Source: Octopus vulgaris
Taxonomy: Eukaryota
Assembly: GCA_951406725.2 (NCBI GenBank)
Contig: OX597817.1
Span: 47,802,001 to 47,866,000 of the forward strand
Direction: 5' to 3'
DNA length: 64,000 nucleotides
In this document: in pieces, positions 24,955 to 35,256 of the stretch
How positions within the stretch are numbered: the first letter of the stretch is position 1
Layout: each line of letters begins with the position of its first letter
The notes under the pieces: model-generated
The model's database searches: none
Told to the model about the DNA's origin: nothing
The model's input: the letters and a program-made list of their open reading frames with translations, nothing else
Made by a program: the position numbers and the translations under genes

Positions 24955-24958
<4 letters not shown>
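23678..24958 (+). mobile_element. Non-autonomous Helitron containing a piggyBac derivative
   Basis: 3' end ACAAACCCGAGCAACGCCGGGCGATACTGCTA shared with the 48867 and 56409 Helitrons; 5' end merges into microsatellite so is approximate. Confidence 0.65.
23881..24638 (+). mobile_element. piggyBac transposon remnant with transposase N-terminal fragment (24029-24352)
   Basis: FYLLF..SLFEIITAETN.YAK...PT.LNEIKAYFAINIIMGI.KLPRI.NY is typical of piggyBac/PGBD transposases; right end GTAACGAAAGGG|TTAA (24639-24642); a TTAA at 23877-23880 but no left CCC terminus. Confidence 0.8.
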
Positions 24959-24998
<40 letters not shown>

Positions 24999-25001
<3 letters not shown>

Positions 25002-25255
25002 TAAAAACGGTAAGATAACAAAAGAAAGAAAGAGACCTCAATATTATGTAAATAGAGGAAATTTATCTGTAAAATAATATGTCACAGATAACCGAAGAGA
25101 TTGTGTTGTGGATTTCCACCTCGGCATCCGAAACTCAGAGTTTTATCTTGGCTATTGAATAATTGTCACATATTATTTTACAGATAAATTTCCTCTATTT
25201 ACATAATATTGAAGTCTCTTTCTTTCTTTATATATGTCACATTATTTTACAGATA
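24999..25255. mobile_element. Penelope-like relic: ~60-bp inverted repeat enclosing a hammerhead-like motif, in (TA)n
   Basis: About 25022-25082 inverts to about 25168-25229; the loop carries the motif at 25087-25147. Confidence 0.6.
25087..25147 (+). ncRNA. Type I hammerhead ribozyme-like motif (degenerate)
   Basis: Stem I GATAA/TTATC, core CCGAAGA (CUGANGA with one change), imperfect stem II with GTGG-ATTT-CCAC, GAAA, near-palindromic stem III ACTC-A-GAGT, UH. Confidence 0.5.
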
Positions 25256-25272
25256 TATATATATATATATAT

Positions 25273-25274
<2 letters not shown>

Positions 25275-25355
<81 letters not shown>

Positions 25356-25436
25356 TTAGGATGGTATTATTAAAATACCATCACACGTGACAAGCGAATT
25401 ATCAGCCGTACAGGCAAATTAATAAAATATATACAT

Positions 25437-25515
<79 letters not shown>

Positions 25516-25520
25516 TAGAT
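25275..25520. repeat. Two (TAGA)n microsatellites
   Basis: Directly visible. Confidence 0.9.
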
Positions 25521-25524
25521 ATAT

Positions 25525-25672
25525 ACGTAGCAGACAACAACTAGCCTTTGGCTGCTATTTGAACCCCGTTTGTCCACTATTTTCATTGGTTGGTATTGGC
25601 GCGACAGAGTAAGAGACAAATTGCGCCAATACCAACCAATCAGAGTAGTGAACACAGCGGGGTCTGCTACGT
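25525..25672. mobile_element. Small palindromic MITE-like element with inverted CCAAT repeats
   Basis: 11-bp TIR ACGTAGCAGAC/GTCTGCTACGT and inner 18-bp inverted repeat ATTGGTTGGTATTGGCGC (25585-25602) / GCGCCAATACCAACCAAT (25623-25640). Confidence 0.55.
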
Positions 25673-25778
25673 TCGATATAATAAAGAGGAGAGGAATTTC
25701 ACTCAAGTATACGCTACAATACCATCAAATATGGTTGGTAAAACAAAGAGACAAAGAAAAATGTAAACCCCGACTTAC

Positions 25779-26939
25779 CAATTCTCCTTGTAAAATATTC
25801 AGTTTTTTACCAAAGTCATGTGTGTTGCTTCCAGAAAGTTTTCTTCCGGAGTTATTAATCTCACTGCCTTTTGGTAAAGTTCCACTGGCTTCAGAAAAGT
25901 AATTGTTCCTTATAAAATCGTTGCATTTATTGATGGATAGCATTTGTTTATCGGTTTCTGTTTTGTCTAATGAAGGAGGCTCATCTTCAAAAGACCCGTT
26001 AATTTCTTTGGAGTTAAGTTGGTTCTTATCAACAGTCAATCGATGAATCCTGGAATTTGAATTATTGTCTTTAACTCCAGAGGAATCTTTTGAGTCTTTT
26101 GATTCTAAATCATGCCGATTAGTCTGAATTTTTTGCTCAGAAGAACATGGTTGCAAAAATGACGTGCTTTCTTTTGAAGTTGAGAAAGCTCTAGCTGTTT
26201 GTTTGTTTGTAAAGGAACCTTCATTGTTTTTTTCAATGAGATTGACGGGTTTTTGGTTTGTTTGAACAGTAAACGCCTGGGTATTGTCAGAAGAGATTTG
26301 TTCCCTTGAGATATCTTTTGCTACAGAGATCTTAGTATCTTCCTTCTGGTGTGTATCAAAATTCTCATTCGCGTCTTTTTCAACCACAGTATCGACAGGT
26401 TTCTTCGCATAAACCACATGGCTTTTATTTACAGATGCATTGTCCACACTGCTAGAATTATAACCAGGACACTGACCAACGTGTGGTGGTTCTTTACAGC
26501 AATCATCACTTGTGTAAATATCTGAAAAATCACTATCATTTGAACTTGTCGTCTCGTCAATATCAGAATCAATATCAATCGCTGTTTGAGATTTTAACGG
26601 GTTTCGCGGCTGATTTATTTGGTTTCTTGCTTTCAGTATTGGACTCAGTTCTCCATTAATCGCTCCCGTATCCCTGTGAGAATGATCACCAATTCCATTA
26701 GATTGTACAAAAGTTCCTGACTTTGTTTTACATCTATTGAAGCGCCAGACGGATTGTTTACTGCTCTGCGAGCTGTTTTTGTCATCACGCGGACTACTCG
26801 TTTTTTTCATGTCGCCACAGCAAAAGCTATTGTACATACATACGCCTGTCTCAGGTTTGCTCAGTTTTAACTTCTGCGCCAGAATCATTACTGTATTCAA
26901 ACTATCTTGTGGAGCATCTTCATCTTTTGACGACCACAT
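25779..26939 (-). CDS. FAM167A: FAM167-family protein, first coding exon (387 aa, mostly low-complexity Ser/Asn/Lys/Asp-rich)
   Basis: Only long non-repeat ORF. ATG at 26939 with an upstream in-frame stop. DSLNTVMILAQKLKL resembles the FAM167 N-terminal motif (DHLRSLKALTEKLRL). Ends KKLNILQGEL at donor TTG|GTAAGT (25778), phase 0, joining in frame to VQLRQHD like WLRKEL-TEMRLQD. Confidence 0.88.
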
Positions 26940-26940
26940 C

Positions 26941-26941
<1 letters not shown>

Positions 26942-27008
<67 letters not shown>

Positions 27009-27017
27009 TGCTATTAC

Positions 27018-27065
<48 letters not shown>
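26942..27065. repeat. (AAT)n microsatellite abutting the FAM167 start codon (presumed 5' UTR)
   Basis: Repeat ends a few bases before the ATG on the minus strand. Confidence 0.9.
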
Positions 27066-27066
<1 letters not shown>

Positions 27067-27790
27067 ACATGCTATGTTAGTCAGTAAAGTTGATGTTTTG
27101 AGGCTTGGTGACAACAGGTCTCCTCAAATCTCAAAAAGCTTTCTAAGGATTCTCGTAAAATATTAGATCGTTTTTTTCTGCAGGTCAACAATGATCGTCT
27201 CAGTTCCAGTATCTGTGTTATTATTGTTGTTGTTGCAAATAAATGTTTTTTCTATAATTATAATTACATCTAAAAATTTAAATATAAACTCGCTAGTTCA
27301 ATGTATTGTCGCAGTTGTTTGTATTATAGTTATGGTTATGGAAGGTACTGATTGGTAGATCGATCGAACTTCTATTGCATCAAGTTTGCAGGAACATTTA
27401 TGTTCAAATCCTTCATGGATGGATTTGACATTTCACTCTTCCACGGTGAAGAAAACGTATATATATATCAGAACTATATAAGACCCGATTCATTTGAATG
27501 TATTTGATACTACGTTTCGTTGAACCAATTCTCACTCACAATCTCTTTTCTTTATTGTTTGGTAAGTAATAAAAAAAATGGAAAAGAAATGCTTGGTGAA
27601 GTTATGATGTTTATGATGAAAGCAGTACCAGCTGTCGTAGAAAGGAATTAGTCTTCGTGTGATAAGGAAGCCATCAACAATTGCGAAGGTAATAACCCAA
27701 TCTAAAAAGAACAAAGAGAAAATATTAATAACACACTAACAAATCTGCAAGAAATTTCCACATATAACTATAACAACTATTTTAAATATA

Positions 27791-28213
27791 TATTTATTTA
27801 CTACCCACAAGGGGCTAAACATAGAGGGGACAAACAAGGACAGACAAAGGGATTAAGTCGATTGTATCGAACCCAGTGCGTAACTGGTACTTAATTTATC
27901 GACCCCGAAAGGATGAAAGGCAAAGTCGACCTCGTTGGAATTTGAACTCAAAACGCAACGGCAGATGAAACAGCTATTTCTTTACTACCCACAAGGGGCT
28001 AAACACAGAGAAGATAAACAAGGACAGACCAACGGATTAAGTCGATTACATCGACCCCAGTGCGTAACTGGTACTTAATTTATCGACCCCGAAAGGATGA
28101 AAGGTAAAGTCGACCTCGGCGGAATTTGAACTCAGAACGTAACGGCAGACGAAATACCGCTAAGCATTTCGCCCGCCGTGCTAACGTTTCTTCCAGCTCG
28201 CCGCCTTCATAAG
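27791..28213 (-). mobile_element. Dimeric SINE family B
   Basis: Full monomer followed by a headless monomer; single 16-bp TSD AACTATTTTAAATATA (27775-27790, 28214-28229). Confidence 0.85.
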
Positions 28214-28489
28214 AACTATTTTAAATATAATTTTTAAAAACAACAGCGATGGCCATCTTTCGATCTCTGAACATAAAACGGCTGTCAATAAAGTGGGGGC
28301 AAACTAAAAGGGAAGTCAATGAATGAACCGTGAAAGATAAATAAATAAATACTGCATGTGATAGCACTCAAAGAAGAAAAATCACTGCTAGGTCTTATGT
28401 GTAAAGTTGAACCTATTTTACATGCTTTAATGCATTGAAAACGTTTTTTTTTCTTCTGAATATGCACTGCAAAAACCATCTTACAAACA

Positions 28490-28845
28490 AGAACTCTGAG
28501 CACCTTTTCAAATTCCATCTGTCTAACACCCGTGGACATGTTTACTAAGTCAGAAAACAGCACAGCTCCCATGACTTTCGGAAACATTTTTTCACGCTAA
28601 GAGTTGCTGAAGTATGGAACAAACTGCCGGCATCAGTTGTTAGTTGTCGGAGCACTGCATCCTTCAAAACTTCCATGCTTCCTGAGATTCGCCAACACTA
28701 CACCTGATTTTCTCCCCTCCATACACACAAGCAAGCATGTATCTGACTCATACACTGTTCGCTTCCCAGACATTTGTACATCACTGCATATGCTTTATAC
28801 ACACTTTTGACAAGTTGTGGTGCACCTGAGCACTGTATACAATAC
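28490..28845 (+). mobile_element. CR1-group LINE 3' fragment
   Basis: SNTRGHVY*VRKQHSSHDFRKHFFTLRVAEVWNKLPASVVSCRSTASFK is the characteristic CR1 ORF2 C-terminus. Confidence 0.85.
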
Positions 28846-29052
28846 CAGGCTCCCGTGGCTTTTATGGGTTTTTCCACGAGTAACCTTTCGAAGCGCCTCC
28901 CCCTATTGGGAGTTTTAATTGTTACTTATTTGTCATCCTGCTTTTGTACACGAACTTTTTCAAACGGACAAAACCCTTTGTAACTTTCGTCCCGTGTTTT
29001 GTCCCTTTATGTTTTGATTTTTGTTAGCCCTTGTGGCCAATAAACGAACGAA
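28846..29052 (+). mobile_element. LINE 3' UTR fragment (Tx1-like tail) ending in (ATT)n
   Basis: Ends GTTAGCCCTTGTGGCCAATAAACGAACGAATTATT; a shorter 5'-truncated copy lies at 43343-43463. Confidence 0.6.
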
Positions 29053-29124
29053 TTATTATTATTATTATTATTATTACTACTACTACTACTACTACTACTA
29101 CTATTATTATTATTATTATTATTA

Positions 29125-29194
<70 letters not shown>

Positions 29195-29588
29195 AAATCA
29201 GAGTGCTTGCGATTAAAAAATTGGGTTATCTCCCCTCTAAAAAAAATCCAGTTAATATGGCGACAAAAGACCGGATGAAAAGAGATCCTTTTGATTCAAT
29301 ACTTCAACACATTGTTGACATTTGACCTTCTCAATAGGCATGGTATGATTTGTTATAAAAATATCACCAGATTCAGTAAGATGTTTAATTTTTTCCATTT
29401 TCGTGTTTATTAATTTTTTTCAGTTTTTTATGATCTGTTATAAAATTATTATCTGATTCAAAACGATATTTCATCTTTTCACTTTTTTTTTTTTTTTCTA
29501 GTTTCAGCTCAGAGCTGCGGCCATGCTGATGCACCGCCGTTTATGTTTTTTTTTTTTGTTTTTTTTTTTTAAATTTAAAAAAAAATTA

Positions 29589-30056
29589 GGCGATGCTTCG
29601 CTTGTCGTAGCACAAGTTTCCGTCGATTTCCGTAAAAAACTTTCATTTTTTACATAAGTAATGAGAGCGAAAGAGACTAAGAGGAAGCGATTTTATGACG
29701 AGGAAATTTCTCTTTGAAGTCCCCGTGTGTGTGTTTGATGGGGTGTGGGAGACAGACAGTATGTTGTGTAAGTGAAGTGCTTCTGTTAGTGTGTGCGAAG
29801 AGACAGAGAGAGTAATGTGTGAAAGAGAGAGATAACTGAAATTTTTTACTCGGTGTATGTGTATATGTATGTCTGCATGTATGTGTGTGTGTATGTATCT
29901 ATGTATGTGTGTGTATGTATGTATGTGTGTGTATGTATGTGTGTATGTATGTATGTATGTATGTATGGCCGATTCAGTGTTTACATTTTTTAAGGAAATC
30001 GACAATCGATGGAGGAAATCGACGGAAACGTGTGCTACGACAAGCGAAACATCGCC
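29589..30056. mobile_element. MITE with 5'-GG TIRs and 8-bp TSD (Merlin-like)
   Basis: TIR GGCGATG(C/T)TTCGCTTGTCGTAGCACA.GTTTCCGTCGATTTCC; TSD AAAAATTA (29581-29588, 30057-30064). Confidence 0.8.
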
Positions 30057-30447
30057 AAAAATTATTATTGAGGGTTAAACAATTTTTTTAGTTGAAGGAG
30101 ATAACCAAAAGCACTGATATTTCTCGTAAAATGGGTGGGGGGAGATAACCCAATTTTTTAATGAGGGGTGAGACATCCCAAAAGTACCGTATGCTTTTTT
30201 ATACTATCAAATAAAGTATTCGTTTGTTAATGATTAGCAATGGTCTTTAATAATCAGTAACGATTGGCAATAAGGCAGCGAACTGGCAGAATCGTTAGCA
30301 CGACGGGCAAAATGCTTAGCAATACTGGTTGTTGGTTTGTTTAACGTTCCTGTAACTTGGCAGTTCGACAAAATATGCTGATCGAATAAGTACCAGGCTT
30401 AAATGCGATGGTGAGTCAGTAAGTAAGGCAGTTTCTATTTGCACAAC

Positions 30448-30766
30448 GGATCTTTACCTTTTGACCGACAGATTTTTAAAATAATTTTTTGTGACAAAAC
30501 ACTTTCAAACTTCGTACACTGGTAGAACGTGTCATATAAAACATCTTTCACAGTAATTTTATTCAGCTGAACACACGTCATTGATTGGTTGAAATTACTG
30601 AAACAGGACTACTTTAACATGAAATAACTTCGTGAATATAAGTTTTTCTCAAAAATACTAAGAGTAAAAGATGTTTTATATGACACATTCTACCAGTGTC
30701 CGAAGTTTGAAAGTGTTTAGTTACAAAAAATTATTTTTTAAATCTGTAGGTCAAAGGTAAATATCC
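30448..30766. mobile_element. GGATC-terminal MITE (Merlin-like), subfamily 2
   Basis: TIR GGATCTTTACCTTTTGACC.ACAGATTT; TSD TGCAC(A/T)AC; a partial copy at about 49590-49819. Confidence 0.8.
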
Positions 30767-31246
30767 TGCACTACTTTCTGGCTCAGTCTTGTAAGGACTG
30801 CGGTGAAATTGTTCAACTAAATCCTTCAAGACTTAAAAACGAGTACTGAGGTCCATTCACTCGACTAAAAGTTCTTCAAGGCGGTGCTCCACCATGGCCA
30901 CAGTCTATTGACTGAAACAAGTAAAAAGATAAAAGATCAAAGATAAACGATACTCTAGTAGGGTAGTTAAAAGATGCAAGAATAGCAACATGCTTCAGGA
31001 TCAACATAAGATATCAGAAATTGTGAGACAATATTTGTAAGTTTTAATTTTGTGTTTTACAAAACTAAACATAGTAAACAGATATATTGTCTTCTTACAA
31101 ATGCATAACTAGTTATCCACTGTTGAAAGGAACAAATGGAAGAAGTATGCCTGCGGTTTTACAGACGTCTTGGTTACGTATATCTGAGGTTTGATATACA
31201 ATAGATGAAGGAGTTCTAAAAAGAAGAATTACCTACTTGGTAATGT

Positions 31247-31543
31247 CACCGTGATCACCGTCACCGACCAGGCTATCAGATGTTGCTACACGTCGCTGGT
31301 CACAATGCGCTTTCCATTGTTTTAGCCTTCAAATGACACCACCCCGCTGGCTAAGCGAGCAGACCAACAGAAGAAAGAGTGAGAGTAAGTTGTGGCGAAA
31401 GAGTACAGCAGGGATTGCCACCACTCCCTGCCGGAGCCTCATAGAGCTTTAGGTGTTTTCGCTCAATAAACACTCATAACGCCCGGTCTGGGAATCGAAA
31501 CCGCGAGTCCGCTGCCCTAACCACTGGGCCATTGCACCTCCAC
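31247..31543 (-). mobile_element. SINE family E (tRNA-like head), tail type 1
   Basis: Head GGAGGTGCAATGGCCCAGTGGTTAGGGCAG...GTTTCGATTCCC; 12-bp TSD ACTTGGTAATGT (31235-31246, 31544-31555). Confidence 0.85.
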
Positions 31544-31914
31544 ACTTGGTAATGTATATTGTTGAAAGTAACAGAAGTAGGTCGTTAATATACAGAAGAG
31601 TGGGAGAGATGTAGTGTTTACAATTGTACTACAATTGTACCGGAAGCGAAAGTAGTAAATGAAGGTGTGTGTGAACAAGATAAAACAATGACTGCCAGGC
31701 AAATTAGATCTTACTGTAGTGTCTTCTTTTTGTTCTTTTCTCATAACTTATACAACTCTAATGGTACGGTAGGCTTTATCTTAAAAATATGGGGAAGGAT
31801 ATGAGTTGGTGTGAGTTAGGGACACTTGAAAAGCAAAGGAAAACAAAGAAGTCGATAGAGGAACATTGAAATTGACAAGCAGCAATAGGGATATGGTAAA
31901 ATGATAAAAGTGGA

Positions 31915-32125
31915 TATGTTTGTGTGTCTGTGTTTGTCCCCCCAACATCGCTTGACGACCGATGCTGGTGTGTTTACGTCCCCGTAACTTAGCGGTTCGG
32001 CATGAGAGACCGAATAAGTACTAGGCTTAAAAAGAATAAGTCCCGAGGTCGATTTGCTCGACTAAAGGTGGTGCTCCAGCATGGCCACAGTCAAATGACT
32101 GAAGCAAGTAAAAGAGTAAAGAGAG
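31915..32125 (+). mobile_element. SINE family A, 3' half
   Basis: Starts at the central TG tract, intact tail. Confidence 0.85.
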
Positions 32126-32379
32126 TCGATGGATGCCAAATACATTATACACGCTTACATACTCACACACACACACGACAGGTTTCTTTGGGGAAGGATG
32201 TCTCGAACATTTACAAAATCATTAGAGCAAAGCTTAAACATGTTTCTCAGCCATATGAATGACACTAAATAGGAGGCGCCAACGCCAAAACGTCTCATAC
32301 CCCATGTTTCATTATCTTAACTAGTCTTTACGGGGCTTGAAAATGTCAGTTAAAACCTTGACTCCGTAATCTATGTAAC

Positions 32380-32702
32380 AACCTTTAGCCCTTAATGATT
32401 TAAACCGGTCATATCAGACCCAAATATACTGCCTGTTTTATAGTCAAGCAGGCCGGATAATGCCTCTCACACTTACCCAACAAAGTCATTCTAAAAACAA
32501 ACAATTACATCATTAAAATCTTGAAACGATGTCAATAAATAAGCCTGTGTGGTAAGTAGCTTGCTTACCAACCACACTTCCGGGTTCAGTCCCACTGCGT
32601 GGCACCATGGACAAGTGTCTTCTACTATATAGCCTTGGGCCGACCAAAGCTTTGTGAGTGGATTTGGTAGACGGAAACTGAAAGAAGCCCGTCTTATATA
32701 TG

Positions 32703-32733
<31 letters not shown>

Positions 32734-33492
32734 TTGTGTGTCTGTGTTTGTCCCCCACACCAACATCACTTGACAACCGATGCTGGTGTGTTTACATCCC
32801 CGTAACTTAGCCGTTCGACAAAAGAGACCGATAGAATAAGTACTAGGCTTACAAAGAATAAATCCTGGGAGTCGATTTGCTCGACTGAAAGCAGTGCTCC
32901 AGCATGGCCGCAGTCAAAAGTCAAAAACAAAAAGAGTATCACATTTAATAGAGGGATCTTTTCACTTTGACCAGCAGATTTTAAAAATAGTTTCTTAGTA
33001 ACTAAACACTTAAACTTCGTATACTAAGTGAAAAGAGGAACATTTTGGTTTGAACGGCAGTTTTTTCTAGCGGTGTCATATGAAATTGTCACCCATAATT
33101 ATGACCCTAGTATCGATCTATTGCATTTCAATCTCTTTTAGGGTTAGGGTTAGGGGTGGGGGAAGGGTATCTTTTTTTCTTCACAAATGTAAATATACCC
33201 AATCTGTTTCTTAAACGAGGGACATATTCATACGGTACAGAATGCTTTTTAACTCAATAGACGTCACTGATTGGTTGAAATTGCAGAATTTGAAGAAAAA
33301 AACAACAAATATCTTACAAACTATAGAATTTTCTCAATAAAGCCAAGAGAAAAGATGTTTTATAAACACATTCTACCAGTATACGAAGTTTAAAATTTTT
33401 TAGTTACCTAGAAATTATGTTAAAAACTGCCGTTCAAACCGAAAAGATCCTGAAAAGATCCTAATAGAGTAATCTGAAAGCGAAAGGGTTAA
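32380..33492. mobile_element. Old TTAA-type (piggyBac-like) MITE hosting a family A SINE (32544-32937) and two nested MITEs
   Basis: Ends CCTTTAGC and GCGAAAGGGTTAA; body similar to 53390-53630 and 9620-9750. Confidence 0.55.
32954..33461. mobile_element. Short GGATC MITE with a 414-bp sibling (33037-33450) inserted in its right TIR
   Basis: Outer TSD TAATAGAG (32946-32953, 33462-33469); inner TSD TGAAAAGA (33029-33036, 33451-33458). Confidence 0.85.
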
Positions 33493-34167
33493 ATCTAGAG
33501 TCGTTGTTGATCTAGTCAAGTTTTTCACAGAAGTTTTTCACGCAACGTCTCTAGGGCAGTTTAGTATGCTCTCCAAGCTGGATTGTAACAGAAAAATTTC
33601 ACATAATGAAACACTTACCAATTATACAGTGGTCCCTCGAACAAATAGTAAATGCAATTGATTTAATAACACAGTTACACAATTTCTTATCACAAGGCAA
33701 TATCATAATCATTTGTCAATGCGTATTAATGGACAGGGTGTAAAAATAGATTGACGAAGGAGCCTATAATTTGTTTTTGTCTTTGTTTGTTGTAGTGGGG
33801 TTGTTTTTTATTTTTAAAATTATTTTTAAAGATAAAGTTATGAGCTGATTGTGTTATGCAAAGTCACAGTGACCTTGGCTGACATAGACAATTGTTAAAT
33901 ATGAAACTATGATTCATCTGTCTGAATGATAACTTTTCTTTCTCTTTCCATACCTCTTTTCATTCCTTTTGCCTTTCTTCTTTAATCCTTCTTTTCCGTC
34001 TCTTTACCTGTCCTAAAAACGATAGCTGTAATTTTCACCAGAGTGGCAGACGATAGCTCGGTTTCGTCTTGACGACAGGGAGCAAGAAGAAATACGTTCA
34101 TGTGTGACAACCGATTTCTAAGTTAAACAAGAAGTCACAGACATTCAGCGATGAAATTATCAGTCTC

Positions 34168-34606
34168 GGATCTTTTCGGTTTGAATGGCAGTTTTTAACA
34201 TAATTTCTAGGTAACTAAGAAATTTTAAACTTCGTATACTGGTAGAATGTATTTATAAAACATCTTTTTCTGTTGGCTTTATTGAGAAAATTCTATAGTT
34301 TGTAAGATATTTGTTGTTTTTTTTCTGCAATTTCTGCAATTTCAACCAATCAGTGACGTCTATTGAGTTAAAAAGCATTCTGTGCCGTATGAATATGTCC
34401 CTCGTTTAAGAAACAGATTGAGTTTATTTACATTTGTGAAGAAAAAAAAGATACCCTTCCCCACCCCTAACCATAACCCTAACCCTAACTAACCCTAACC
34501 CTAAAAGAGATTGAAATGCAATAGATCGATTCTAGGGTCATAATTATGGGTGACAATTTCATATGACACCGCTAGAAAAAAACTGCCGTTCAAACCGAAA
34601 AGATCC
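34168..34606. mobile_element. GGATC-terminal MITE (Merlin-like), subfamily 1, with internal (CCCTAA)n
   Basis: TIR GGATCTTTTCGGTTTGAA(C/T)GGCAGTTTTT; TSD TCAGTCTC (34160-34167, 34607-34614). Confidence 0.9.
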
Positions 34607-35191
34607 TCAGTCTCTTTAAATTATTTACGGGAAGAAAAAAAAAATAAGAGAGAGAGATAAATAAGAAAAGAATAGGCTGAGGCGTAGTTCTGTGGCAAGA
34701 ACTTTGCTTCCCAACCACATGGTTTCGGGTTCAGATCTACTATGTAGCACCGTGGGCAAATATTTTTTTGTTATAACCTCGGGTCGACCAAAGCCTTGTG
34801 AGTGGATCTGGTAGACGGAAACTCAAAGAAGGCCGTCGTGTGTGTGTCTGTGTGTGTATGAGTGCGAGCGTGTGCGCGACTTTGTTCCTCTTCATCGCTT
34901 GACAATCGTTGATGGTGTGTTTGCATCCCAGTAACTTAGCAATTCGGCAAAAAAGACCGAAAGAACCACTTTCAGAAAGAAAATTAAAATAAGTACTGGG
35001 GTCGACTAGATCAACAGAAGAAGAAGAAGAAGGAAGAGGAAAAGAAGAGAGAGAAAGAGTGAGAGATAAATAGACAGACAGGCAGACAGACAAACATACA
35101 GATAGATAGACAGAGAGTTAGATAGATAGATACATAGCTAGATAGACAGATAGACAGACAGAAAGACAGACAGGTAGACAAACAGACAGAC

Positions 35192-35254
<63 letters not shown>

Positions 35255-35256
<2 letters not shown>

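Noticed and set aside
25725-25778. C-terminal tail VSRGLHFSLSLCFTNHI of the 404-aa ORF
   Set aside because: Lies beyond the GTAAGT donor; intronic.
34465-34504. (CCCTAA)n as a telomere or fusion scar
   Set aside because: Internal part of a MITE present three times in the window.
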